DNA of 64,000 nucleotides from Oculina patagonica (taxonomy: Eukaryota): contig NC_135768.1 in the NCBI RefSeq assembly GCF_052425735.1, positions 13,082,001-13,146,000 of the forward strand. Reading direction: 5' to 3'. The position numbers and the translations under genes are program-made. The notes under the pieces were generated by a model. The model did no database searches, was not told the origin of the DNA, and worked only from the letters and a program-made list of their open reading frames with translations. Each line of letters starts with the position of its first letter. Position 1 is the first letter of the stretch. Shown here one piece after another: positions 1 through 9,398 of this stretch.

Positions 1-22
1 AAAAAAACATTTAATTGAAAAT

Positions 23-199
23 TCATTGTTCCCCTTCTTCTTGAGCGCTTTCGCGCACTTTCACGAAAATATCTGGGTTTTTTGCAATCCAAACGATTGT
101 TTTGACGCACTTTTCCGTGAAATTTATCCAAACCAAGCCAACCGTTGAAACTGCAGCAACGGTTAACATAAACTGTTGGATGTCAGGGACTTTCCACAT
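23..199 (-). CDS. Small 58-aa membrane protein (MWKVPDIQQFMLTVAAVSTVGLVWINF...)
   Basis: ATG at 199 in TAAAATG context like neighbouring viral genes; one hydrophobic segment. The longer 142-aa ORF call overlaps the 241-762 gene and is probably not real upstream of 199. Confidence 0.55.
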   Translation of the reverse strand: MWKVPDIQQFMLTVAAVSTVGLVWINFTEKCVKTIVWIAKNPDIFVKVRESAQEEGEQ

Positions 200-240
200 T
201 TTATTATAAAATGATGAAAAAATATTTAATTGAAAGTTTA

Positions 241-762
241 TTAATCCATCGGACGAATTCCTCTTTTTGGTTGCGGAATTTTCGATGATGCGCTGATTCG
301 CTGCCGCTCTGCAGGAGCCTCTTGAGCTGGCTCGGGTTCTGGTGCCGTGCCTTTGGCTGGGTGGGTTTTGCTCTTGATAAAGGCTTTGATGTCTTCGCGT
401 TTGACATAAGTTGTAATAATTGCAACGCCAATGCCCAGCAAAGAGATCCATTGATTTGTGCTTAGACCGCTGGATTCCGGCGGAGACTCGGTCGGAGCTG
501 GTTCCGTTACGGGTGGAGTTACATTTCGCTTAGCAGCCGCAGATTTCTTTTCCTTTTCTTTTGCAATTATGGCAGCGGCCTCGACAGCAGCTTTTTTCTG
601 TGCTTCACGAGCCTGTTTTGTTTTTTCAGCTGCAAGCTTGCCAGCAGCCACTCGCTTTGGATTTTTGGCAGGTTTTGTTGCAGGAGTTGTTGAAGTGACT
701 TGTGGAACGTTTTCTTGAACAACTGCAGGTTCGCTCGGTATTTGTGTTTCAGGGTCCGCCAT
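241..762 (-). CDS. 173-aa basic/low-complexity protein with KNPKRVAAGK motif and one TM helix (candidate core/membrane protein)
   Basis: ATG in TAAATG context; Lys/Ala-rich helix; hydrophobic WISLLGIGVAIITTYV segment. Confidence 0.75.
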   Translation of the reverse strand: MADPETQIPSEPAVVQENVPQVTSTTPATKPAKNPKRVAAGKLAAEKTKQAREAQKKAAVEAAAIIAKEKEKKSAAAKRNVTPPVTEPAPTESPPESSGLSTNQWISLLGIGVAIITTYVKREDIKAFIKSKTHPAKGTAPEPEPAQEAPAERQRISASSKIPQPKRGIRPMD

Positions 763-876
763 TTATTAGAAAAAATAATATATTTAAATGAAAAATGCTT
801 AGCAAAGTTTTTTGGTCAGCATTTAATGAGCATTGTTCAGTAATTACTTAGCATTTTCTTAGCATTGCTTAGTAAT

Positions 877-1437
877 TTACTCAGGAAGATCTTTATGCTC
901 GCTTTCTAGAGTCGCTTGTGGTGCTGTGCTGTAATCAATGTGCTTTGCCGTTATCAAAGCAACAGAAGCTGGAGCAAGAAACTTGCCGTATTTGAAAGAC
1001 AAACCGCCGACAAGATTGGAAAGCTCGTTGTTGATGATGTAGTCATTTTTAAGCTCTTTTTGCAAAGCTTCAATATTTTTTAAGGGCACGAACAGACTTG
1101 CGGCTTTCGTAAAAAGAGTGAGCGCGCTGTCGATAAGATTTTCTGTGGTCTTGGCCCCAACATACGCTTCGTACCTCTTGAAGTACTTTTCGACGTCTTT
1201 CTCGGTCAAGCGCTTTACCTGCTCGTGAGTTAGCTGCACACCGATTGCTTCTTTAGACTTGCCTGTTGAAACAAGTCTTGCAAGCTGTTCACGTAAAGCT
1301 GGAATGTCAGGTCCCGCTGCTTGCATCTCTGACGGCATACTGCCTGGTTCAGGTTCAAGCAATTCCATTACGGACGTTTCCAACATAATTCGTTCACTTG
1401 CAGTGATATCGGTGGAAGTTGCGAACGGGTCAGCCAT
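877..1437 (-). CDS. 186-aa hypothetical viral protein (only full-length copy)
   Basis: ATG in TAAATG context, helical composition; copies 2 and 3 are cut by the tandem junction. Confidence 0.75.
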   Translation of the reverse strand: MADPFATSTDITASERIMLETSVMELLEPEPGSMPSEMQAAGPDIPALREQLARLVSTGKSKEAIGVQLTHEQVKRLTEKDVEKYFKRYEAYVGAKTTENLIDSALTLFTKAASLFVPLKNIEALQKELKNDYIINNELSNLVGGLSFKYGKFLAPASVALITAKHIDYSTAPQATLESEHKDLPE

Positions 1438-1458
1438 TTATTACTCAAAAAAATATGT

Positions 1459-1835
1459 TCAATAAAAAAATTCTGTGCCGTAAGGGTGGCGATGAGAAAT
1501 AACAATAACAAGAACTCCCCCGTTCGCCCTTTCACATCTTTAGAAGCAGCGCAGTCGTCGAGGATGATAAGCGTGTTCGCACCCTCAAAAAGAAATCTTG
1601 AAAGCTTTAACCAAGATTCAACCTCGTGCTGCTCGCAAATGAAAACAAAAAATCGAAGATCTTCCTCAGCAAAGCGATAATAAGTCTTGTTGTGCGCGAA
1701 AGTCGGGCATATGAGCACGATGTAGTCAAACTTGCCTCGGAAAGGGCCACAAAGCTGATTGACCACGTACCTTGTTTTTCCTGAGTTTGTTGGTCCCACA
1801 ATGAGGGCGTTGAAGGGAATATTGGAAGGATCCAT
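1459..1835 (-). pseudogene. A32/FtsK-HerA-type genome packaging ATPase, internally deleted and frameshifted (copy 1)
   Basis: Walker A GPTNSGKT and Walker B LIILDD are present. The frame becomes nonsense after KGRTGE, the Arg-finger (xRH) and sensor (TQ) motifs are missing, and a plausible native C-terminus (..VISHRHPYGTEFFY*) lies in another frame ending at 1459. Confidence 0.8.
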
Positions 1836-1866
1836 GTCAGAACAGAACTTCGTTTGCGTTCGTATA

Positions 1867-3120
1867 TTATAAAAGCACAGATTCTAACTGCCTGTTAATT
1901 ATGTTCATCTGGGCGTCGCTGATTACGTAAATGTGGCAGTTCAAATTACCTGAGCCGCTTGTTTTCCTCTCTAGCTCAAGCTGGACACCGTCCTTTGTGT
2001 TCACAAGGCGCTTGCCGCTTCCGTGCATCGAGTGGTCAGCCATGGAACGCAGATCAATCAGAAGGCCGAACTTGTCTTCTGTGTAAAACTTTTGCAGGGT
2101 CATGTGCTGCGTTTTATTTTTTTCTTTCATGTAGAATCTTTTAACTTCTTCCCATATGTCCATTCCTTCGATGCCGTTGTTGTACAGCATGTTTGGCGAG
2201 CCGTTGACAGTGACGCTTACTTTTGTAAGGTCTGGGTTAATGTACTTTTCCGAGATCCTTGCACCTTTTGCATATTGCTCTATAAAAAGTAGCAAGATAC
2301 CTTTTAGGGACCTCCTCTGAGGGTTGACCTTAAGATTCAGACGTGTGTCGGATCCTTTTGCAAAAGTAACAACTTCGGCACGCTGGATGTGGTCGTAAGC
2401 GAACTCTTTGCCGCCCGAGTAAGCGCTGAATGCCTCATCTGCAATTTCTTTGCTTCTTATCATCTCGTACTCCAGCTGGATGTTTGTCAGCTTGTATTTC
2501 AGTTTTGTTGCATCTGAGCCTCTTACAACATGTTCGGCTGCCGCGAGCTTCAGTTCAAAAACAAGATCGTTGTATAGTGCCTGAGGATAAAATGCCCCGT
2601 GGTCAGTTAAAATCTGGTGATCCAGACGGATCCGGTATTTATTTCCATATAGCTCATTCAGCTTTTTTTCTGCTTCGACTCCTGAAGTTTTCTTATCGCC
2701 AGCATTTGAGCGAATTTTGTTGAGGTCCTCGCTCTGAATGCCCTCTGGCACCCTGTCGTCGCGCTCCTCCTGCGAAAGGAAAAAATCCTCAAATATTTTG
2801 TAGATGTCATAGCCAACCGTGTCCTGCACGACGGTGCCTTCGTACTTTACAACAAACTTGTCGACCAGAGCTCGGCTGACGTTGTCAACCAGAAAGTTGT
2901 TGGCATGGCCTCCGCTCAAGTCGATGTTGAAGCGCAGCGCCAGCGAGCCAGGCACAATGACCTCGTTTTCGTTCAGCTTTGGCACCGAAACATACAGAGT
3001 TTCCTCTGGATTGGCTTCAGTGCGGTCAAAAGTGATTCGTTTTACAGCGCGCTCGGCTTTCAGTGCGCCGAGTATTTTCTCTGTGCGTCCCGGTCGAAGG
3101 TTTTCTTGAACAGCAGCCAT
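1867..3120 (-). CDS. Putative major capsid protein (double jelly-roll, Polinton/PLV type), 417 aa, copy 1
   Basis: Size and beta-strand-rich pattern (LYVSVP..VIVPGSLALRFNIDL; KYKLTNIQLEYEMI; RSLKGILLLF; KFGLLIDLRS); adjacent to the packaging ATPase. Confidence 0.75.
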   Translation of the reverse strand: MAAVQENLRPGRTEKILGALKAERAVKRITFDRTEANPEETLYVSVPKLNENEVIVPGSLALRFNIDLSGGHANNFLVDNVSRALVDKFVVKYEGTVVQDTVGYDIYKIFEDFFLSQEERDDRVPEGIQSEDLNKIRSNAGDKKTSGVEAEKKLNELYGNKYRIRLDHQILTDHGAFYPQALYNDLVFELKLAAAEHVVRGSDATKLKYKLTNIQLEYEMIRSKEIADEAFSAYSGGKEFAYDHIQRAEVVTFAKGSDTRLNLKVNPQRRSLKGILLLFIEQYAKGARISEKYINPDLTKVSVTVNGSPNMLYNNGIEGMDIWEEVKRFYMKEKNKTQHMTLQKFYTEDKFGLLIDLRSMADHSMHGSGKRLVNTKDGVQLELERKTSGSGNLNCHIYVISDAQMNIINRQLESVLL

Positions 3121-3182
3121 CTCTCGATTGGTTTTATTGTTAAATTGAAAAGTTTAATTTGAAAATATATATAAATTACGTG

Positions 3183-4613
3183 ATGGCAACAGGTGGTGGT
3201 GATTTTGGATTCGAGGACCCTGATTTGGACCAAGATCTTGACCACAACAGTGATAACGATGATGAAGAGGAACAAGAGGTCGACACAACCCGACCATTTC
3301 AGCCCGGTTGGGTATCCACACCATACCATCGGGGTGAACAACACGAAATGCAAACGATGCAGCACGAACAGAGCGGGCTGCCAGAAACATCCTACGACGA
3401 AACACCTTTGCTTGAAAGAACCCCTTCAATAAGTGATCTTCAAAATGAAAGTAATTTGCGACAAAAACTAAAAAAAGCAGTAGACATGATAAAAGGCAAA
3501 TTTCCCAAAGCAAACTTTGAAAAAATAAAAATCAGAAGAGGCAAAGGGAAAAATGAGGGTAAAATTGTTGCTGTAGGAACAAAAAAAGGCGAGTACAAGA
3601 TTCTAAAAGAAAATGAGTCAGGCTTCATGAAAAGCTTTTTAGACAGCTTCAAAGATGAACTTGGGCCGTCAGCTGAAGATCTTATTGCTCAAGACAATGA
3701 GAGCATAAGAGATGAACGCCAAAGATTAAGAGAAGCTGAACGCCAAAGATTAAGAGAAGCTGAAAAACAACTTCAAGAGGCCCAAAAACTCGCATCGGAA
3801 AAAGAAAAAGCCGCCCTAGAAGTGCAAGATCTGAGAAACAGAATCGAGCGAACTCAAGCTCAGATTGAAGCACTTACTCAAGAACACGGTTCGAATCTTG
3901 AAAGTGATTCAGAACTACGGAGACTGCAGCAACTGAAAAAAAATTATCAAAAGGATCTTGACAACGCGAAAAAAGAGGTGGTAGCCATTGAAAAACAATC
4001 GAAGCAGAAGACAAAAGAACAAACACGGGTCGACCAACTCAGGGCAAGCCTCGCTGCCAAAGAGAGAGAAAGAAACACTTTGCAAGAAAGGCTCAACGAC
4101 ACAAGAGCGTTGGATGATCTAAAAGAGCAAGAAGCCGAGCTGAAGCGACAAAACGATGAAGATCAAGCAGTAATACAGGATGAAAATACCTCCCCCACTG
4201 ACAAACAAGCTGCTGAAGAAAGAGTTGCTGAAAGAACCGAGGAGCTCGCGCGTTTGCAAACGCAGATTGCGGAAAGAGAAAGGGCGCTTCCACTTCGTGA
4301 GAGAATCAAAGAGATCTTCAAAAAAAATGGCGTGACAGTAACAGCAATCTTTCTTGCTGCTGGTGTCACGATTGGTGCTGTAATTGGTGCCATTACAAAC
4401 TCTTTGAAGGCTACCGGCAAAGCGTTGGGGAAAGGCTTAAGTGATGTTGGCTCAAAGGTGGCATCAGCTCTGCCCGGTCTTATTGGCTCGATTGTAAGTT
4501 TTCTTTTCAAAACAGCTGGTCAAGTAATTGGCTTTCTTGCAGAGCACACCTGGCTGCTTATACTTGCTGCGGTTGCTTTTCTTGTTGAAAGATACATCAA
4601 GAAGAGACGTTAA
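3183..4613 (+). CDS. 476-aa protein: acidic N-terminus, long coiled coil, C-terminal hydrophobic/amphipathic helices (candidate membrane-penetration or tape-measure-like protein), copy 1
   Basis: ATG at 3183 (ORF-track start at 3159 is non-ATG); E/K/Q/R heptads; GVTVTAIFLAAGVTIGAVIGAI and WLLILAAVAFLV segments; ERQRLREA in-frame duplication. Confidence 0.8.
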   Translation: MATGGGDFGFEDPDLDQDLDHNSDNDDEEEQEVDTTRPFQPGWVSTPYHRGEQHEMQTMQHEQSGLPETSYDETPLLERTPSISDLQNESNLRQKLKKAVDMIKGKFPKANFEKIKIRRGKGKNEGKIVAVGTKKGEYKILKENESGFMKSFLDSFKDELGPSAEDLIAQDNESIRDERQRLREAERQRLREAEKQLQEAQKLASEKEKAALEVQDLRNRIERTQAQIEALTQEHGSNLESDSELRRLQQLKKNYQKDLDNAKKEVVAIEKQSKQKTKEQTRVDQLRASLAAKERERNTLQERLNDTRALDDLKEQEAELKRQNDEDQAVIQDENTSPTDKQAAEERVAERTEELARLQTQIAERERALPLRERIKEIFKKNGVTVTAIFLAAGVTIGAVIGAITNSLKATGKALGKGLSDVGSKVASALPGLIGSIVSFLFKTAGQVIGFLAEHTWLLILAAVAFLVERYIKKRR

Positions 4614-5860
4614 CGCATAAGGGCGTAGAGCAAAGCTGCAGCTCCAACCGCACCAACAGCGATAGTTGCTTTGTTTATTTCGTGTGTATCATTGACTTCG
4701 ACCTTTGTAGCTTTAGCGCTTTGCGCGCTTTCAGCTTCAGCACCTTCGGTGCTCGTTGGTGCCGGAGTTTTTTTTGTGTCCCTTTGAGACTCCTTGTGTA
4801 TAGGATTTGAAGGGTGGCTGTTTGGTGGGTTTACCTTTGATGGTCCTCCGGCCATCAGTTTAAGAGCTGCTTTTTTTGTTGATTTATTAACATCATTATT
4901 CAATCCTATTTTCATTCCTGCTACAGCCTGCTTCAGCTGATTGTTGTAGCCGACAACGCTTTCTGTGTTTATCACCATACTACCCGGCATCAGCCAGGCA
5001 CCAGGGCAGACAGCAAGGTTAAGCCGAACCTTCGCTTCATCGATAGAAAGTTGGTATCTTTGAACTGACTTTGCCAGATCTGGTTGCCTTATAGCGTCTT
5101 CAACCAACACGAGGAACTCACTTTGAGCCTCCTTTGCGCGGCCGCCTGTGCCAAGTATGCTACTTCGAACGTTGACCTGCGAACCCAGAATACAGTAGAC
5201 AAAAGCCTCTATCGACTGGTTTACTCTCGACAAACCTGCCTGAGTCAGACCTTCTGCGGCGTTAGGACAAAACCAGTCTGCCTGTGCATATGCAGCGTCG
5301 TCTGGCTCGATATATTGAATTAAGTTACCCTTGCTTGCAGCTCCCCCTTCGTCCGAAAATTTATCGTAATCGGGGTATTTTGCTCCAGAATTTTTTGGTC
5401 CAATGTTAGTAAACCAGATATAAACATCACCAAGCCCATGATTGGCGCCTCTTGTGAAACGAAAATCGCTTGACGGGTCGACACCGAACTCAGCGCATAT
5501 TCTTTTATACGAAGCCACGTCGTACTTGTTGTCGAACTGGCTAAACGTTGGGTCGCCTGGCAAGGCGCTTACGCTCTGAATTCCGCCCATCTGAAACAAT
5601 ATTCGCCTTATTGTAAAATAAACGTGAAAAAGGTAAAAATTACGCACAACAGGTGGCAAACTGAGAGCTGAGTGTTCTTCATCAAAAATTTCACGACTTA
5701 TCCCACTGCCTGTTGTCGCGCACCAGACAGCAAAGTTAAGTTGTTGAGGCCAGTAGCCAATATTTGGACTAGCAAGCCACCTTTTTGACTCTTTTCCTGA
5801 TGTATGCTTCAGTTTTGTTTTTTGAAAAATCTCTCTTAATTTCGTTGTGAAATATTGATC
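4610..5860 (-). pseudogene. 5'-truncated copy of the 571-aa gene
   Basis: Identical to 14180-15430 but lacks the promoter and first ~155 codons because of the tandem junction. Confidence 0.85.
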
Positions 5861-6222
5861 AATATTGAAATATTGAACAGACTTGCGGCTTTCGTAAAAA
5901 GAGTGAGCGCGCTGTCGATAAGATTTTCTGTGGTCTTGGCCCCAACATACGCTTCGTACCTCTTGAAGTACTTTTCGACGTCTTTCTCGGTCAAGCGCTT
6001 TACCTGCTCGTGAGTTAGCTGCACACCGATTGCTTCTTTAGACTTGCCTGTTGAAACAAGTCTTGCAAGCTGTTCACGTAAAGCTGGAATGTCAGGTCCC
6101 GCTGCTTGCATCTCTGACGGCATACTGCCTGGTTCAGGTTCAAGCAATTCCATTACGGACGTTTCCAACATAATTCGTTCACTTGCAGTGATATCGGTGG
6201 AAGTTGCGAACGGGTCAGCCAT
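5836..6222 (-). pseudogene. 3'-truncated copy of the 186-aa gene (reads through filler to NISILINISQRN*)
   Basis: Identical N-terminus to 877-1437 up to the breakpoint at 5875. Confidence 0.85.
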
Positions 6223-6243
6223 TTATTACTCAAAAAAATATGT

Positions 6244-6620
6244 TCAATAAAAAAATTCTGTGCCGTAAGGGTGGCGATGAGAAATAACAATAACAAGAAC
6301 TCCCCCGTTCGCCCTTTCACATCTTTAGAAGCAGCGCAGTCGTCGAGGATGATAAGCGTGTTCGCACCCTCAAAAAGAAATCTTGAAAGCTTTAACCAAG
6401 ATTCAACCTCGTGCTGCTCGCAAATGAAAACAAAAAATCGAAGATCTTCCTCAGCAAAGCGATAATAAGTCTTGTTGTGCGCGAAAGTCGGGCATATGAG
6501 CACGATGTAGTCAAACTTGCCTCGGAAAGGGCCACAAAGCTGATTGACCACGTACCTTGTTTTTCCTGAGTTTGTTGGTCCCACAATGAGGGCGTTGAAG
6601 GGAATATTGGAAGGATCCAT
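6244..6620 (-). pseudogene. Deleted packaging ATPase, copy 2
   Basis: Same translation as copy 1. Confidence 0.8.
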
Positions 6621-6651
6621 GTCAGAACAGAACTTCGTTTGCGTTCGTATA

Positions 6652-7905
6652 TTATAAAAGCACAGATTCTAACTGCCTGTTAATTATGTTCATCTGGGCG
6701 TCGCTGATTACGTAAATGTGGCAGTTCAAATTACCTGAGCCGCTTGTTTTCCTCTCTAGCTCAAGCTGGACACCGTCCTTTGTGTTCACAAGGCGCTTGC
6801 CGCTTCCGTGCATCGAGTGGTCAGCCATGGAACGCAGATCAATCAGAAGGCCGAACTTGTCTTCTGTGTAAAACTTTTGCAGGGTCATGTGCTGCGTTTT
6901 ATTTTTTTCTTTCATGTAGAATCTTTTAACTTCTTCCCATATGTCCATTCCTTCGATGCCGTTGTTGTACAGCATGTTTGGCGAGCCGTTGACAGTGACG
7001 CTTACTTTTGTAAGGTCTGGGTTAATGTACTTTTCCGAGATCCTTGCACCTTTTGCATATTGCTCTATAAAAAGTAGCAAGATACCTTTTAGGGACCTCC
7101 TCTGAGGGTTGACCTTAAGATTCAGACGTGTGTCGGATCCTTTTGCAAAAGTAACAACTTCGGCACGCTGGATGTGGTCGTAAGCGAACTCTTTGCCGCC
7201 CGAGTAAGCGCTGAATGCCTCATCTGCAATTTCTTTGCTTCTTATCATCTCGTACTCCAGCTGGATGTTTGTCAGCTTGTATTTCAGTTTTGTTGCATCT
7301 GAGCCTCTTACAACATGTTCGGCTGCCGCGAGCTTCAGTTCAAAAACAAGATCGTTGTATAGTGCCTGAGGATAAAATGCCCCGTGGTCAGTTAAAATCT
7401 GGTGATCCAGACGGATCCGGTATTTATTTCCATATAGCTCATTCAGCTTTTTTTCTGCTTCGACTCCTGAAGTTTTCTTATCGCCAGCATTTGAGCGAAT
7501 TTTGTTGAGGTCCTCGCTCTGAATGCCCTCTGGCACCCTGTCGTCGCGCTCCTCCTGCGAAAGGAAAAAATCCTCAAATATTTTGTAGATGTCATAGCCA
7601 ACCGTGTCCTGCACGACGGTGCCTTCGTACTTTACAACAAACTTGTCGACCAGAGCTCGGCTGACGTTGTCAACCAGAAAGTTGTTGGCATGGCCTCCGC
7701 TCAAGTCGATGTTGAAGCGCAGCGCCAGCGAGCCAGGCACAATGACCTCGTTTTCGTTCAGCTTTGGCACCGAAACATACAGAGTTTCCTCTGGATTGGC
7801 TTCAGTGCGGTCAAAAGTGATTCGTTTTACAGCGCGCTCGGCTTTCAGTGCGCCGAGTATTTTCTCTGTGCGTCCCGGTCGAAGGTTTTCTTGAACAGCA
7901 GCCAT
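6652..7905 (-). CDS. Putative major capsid protein, copy 2
   Basis: Identical protein to 1867-3120. Confidence 0.75.
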   Translation of the reverse strand: MAAVQENLRPGRTEKILGALKAERAVKRITFDRTEANPEETLYVSVPKLNENEVIVPGSLALRFNIDLSGGHANNFLVDNVSRALVDKFVVKYEGTVVQDTVGYDIYKIFEDFFLSQEERDDRVPEGIQSEDLNKIRSNAGDKKTSGVEAEKKLNELYGNKYRIRLDHQILTDHGAFYPQALYNDLVFELKLAAAEHVVRGSDATKLKYKLTNIQLEYEMIRSKEIADEAFSAYSGGKEFAYDHIQRAEVVTFAKGSDTRLNLKVNPQRRSLKGILLLFIEQYAKGARISEKYINPDLTKVSVTVNGSPNMLYNNGIEGMDIWEEVKRFYMKEKNKTQHMTLQKFYTEDKFGLLIDLRSMADHSMHGSGKRLVNTKDGVQLELERKTSGSGNLNCHIYVISDAQMNIINRQLESVLL

Positions 7906-7967
7906 CTCTCGATTGGTTTTATTGTTAAATTGAAAAGTTTAATTTGAAAATATATATAAATTACGTG

Positions 7968-9398
7968 ATGGCAACAGGTGGTGGTGATTTTGGATTCGAG
8001 GACCCTGATTTGGACCAAGATCTTGACCACAACAGTGATAACGATGATGAAGAGGAACAAGAGGTCGACACAACCCGACCATTTCAGCCCGGTTGGGTAT
8101 CCACACCATACCATCGGGGTGAACAACACGAAATGCAAACGATGCAGCACGAACAGAGCGGGCTGCCAGAAACATCCTACGACGAAACACCTTTGCTTGA
8201 AAGAACCCCTTCAATAAGTGATCTTCAAAATGAAAGTAATTTGCGACAAAAACTAAAAAAAGCAGTAGACATGATAAAAGGCAAATTTCCCAAAGCAAAC
8301 TTTGAAAAAATAAAAATCAGAAGAGGCAAAGGGAAAAATGAGGGTAAAATTGTTGCTGTAGGAACAAAAAAAGGCGAGTACAAGATTCTAAAAGAAAATG
8401 AGTCAGGCTTCATGAAAAGCTTTTTAGACAGCTTCAAAGATGAACTTGGGCCGTCAGCTGAAGATCTTATTGCTCAAGACAATGAGAGCATAAGAGATGA
8501 ACGCCAAAGATTAAGAGAAGCTGAACGCCAAAGATTAAGAGAAGCTGAAAAACAACTTCAAGAGGCCCAAAAACTCGCATCGGAAAAAGAAAAAGCCGCC
8601 CTAGAAGTGCAAGATCTGAGAAACAGAATCGAGCGAACTCAAGCTCAGATTGAAGCACTTACTCAAGAACACGGTTCGAATCTTGAAAGTGATTCAGAAC
8701 TACGGAGACTGCAGCAACTGAAAAAAAATTATCAAAAGGATCTTGACAACGCGAAAAAAGAGGTGGTAGCCATTGAAAAACAATCGAAGCAGAAGACAAA
8801 AGAACAAACACGGGTCGACCAACTCAGGGCAAGCCTCGCTGCCAAAGAGAGAGAAAGAAACACTTTGCAAGAAAGGCTCAACGACACAAGAGCGTTGGAT
8901 GATCTAAAAGAGCAAGAAGCCGAGCTGAAGCGACAAAACGATGAAGATCAAGCAGTAATACAGGATGAAAATACCTCCCCCACTGACAAACAAGCTGCTG
9001 AAGAAAGAGTTGCTGAAAGAACCGAGGAGCTCGCGCGTTTGCAAACGCAGATTGCGGAAAGAGAAAGGGCGCTTCCACTTCGTGAGAGAATCAAAGAGAT
9101 CTTCAAAAAAAATGGCGTGACAGTAACAGCAATCTTTCTTGCTGCTGGTGTCACGATTGGTGCTGTAATTGGTGCCATTACAAACTCTTTGAAGGCTACC
9201 GGCAAAGCGTTGGGGAAAGGCTTAAGTGATGTTGGCTCAAAGGTGGCATCAGCTCTGCCCGGTCTTATTGGCTCGATTGTAAGTTTTCTTTTCAAAACAG
9301 CTGGTCAAGTAATTGGCTTTCTTGCAGAGCACACCTGGCTGCTTATACTTGCTGCGGTTGCTTTTCTTGTTGAAAGATACATCAAGAAGAGACGTTAA
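7968..9398 (+). CDS. Coiled-coil membrane protein, copy 2
   Basis: Identical protein to 3183-4613. Confidence 0.8.
   Translation: MATGGGDFGFEDPDLDQDLDHNSDNDDEEEQEVDTTRPFQPGWVSTPYHRGEQHEMQTMQHEQSGLPETSYDETPLLERTPSISDLQNESNLRQKLKKAVDMIKGKFPKANFEKIKIRRGKGKNEGKIVAVGTKKGEYKILKENESGFMKSFLDSFKDELGPSAEDLIAQDNESIRDERQRLREAERQRLREAEKQLQEAQKLASEKEKAALEVQDLRNRIERTQAQIEALTQEHGSNLESDSELRRLQQLKKNYQKDLDNAKKEVVAIEKQSKQKTKEQTRVDQLRASLAAKERERNTLQERLNDTRALDDLKEQEAELKRQNDEDQAVIQDENTSPTDKQAAEERVAERTEELARLQTQIAERERALPLRERIKEIFKKNGVTVTAIFLAAGVTIGAVIGAITNSLKATGKALGKGLSDVGSKVASALPGLIGSIVSFLFKTAGQVIGFLAEHTWLLILAAVAFLVERYIKKRR

Noticed and set aside
1368-1515. Hydrophobic C-terminal tail of the 155-aa ATPase ORF as a TM anchor
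   Set aside because: Product of the frameshift; it overlaps the next gene's start.
4610-5659. 349-aa ORFs (also 9395-10444) as independent genes
   Set aside because: They are promoterless 3' parts of the 571-aa gene and start at an internal TTG.
5836-6222. Novel fusion protein at the tandem junction
   Set aside because: The 186-aa N-terminus enters the 571-aa gene out of frame and stops after 12 residues.
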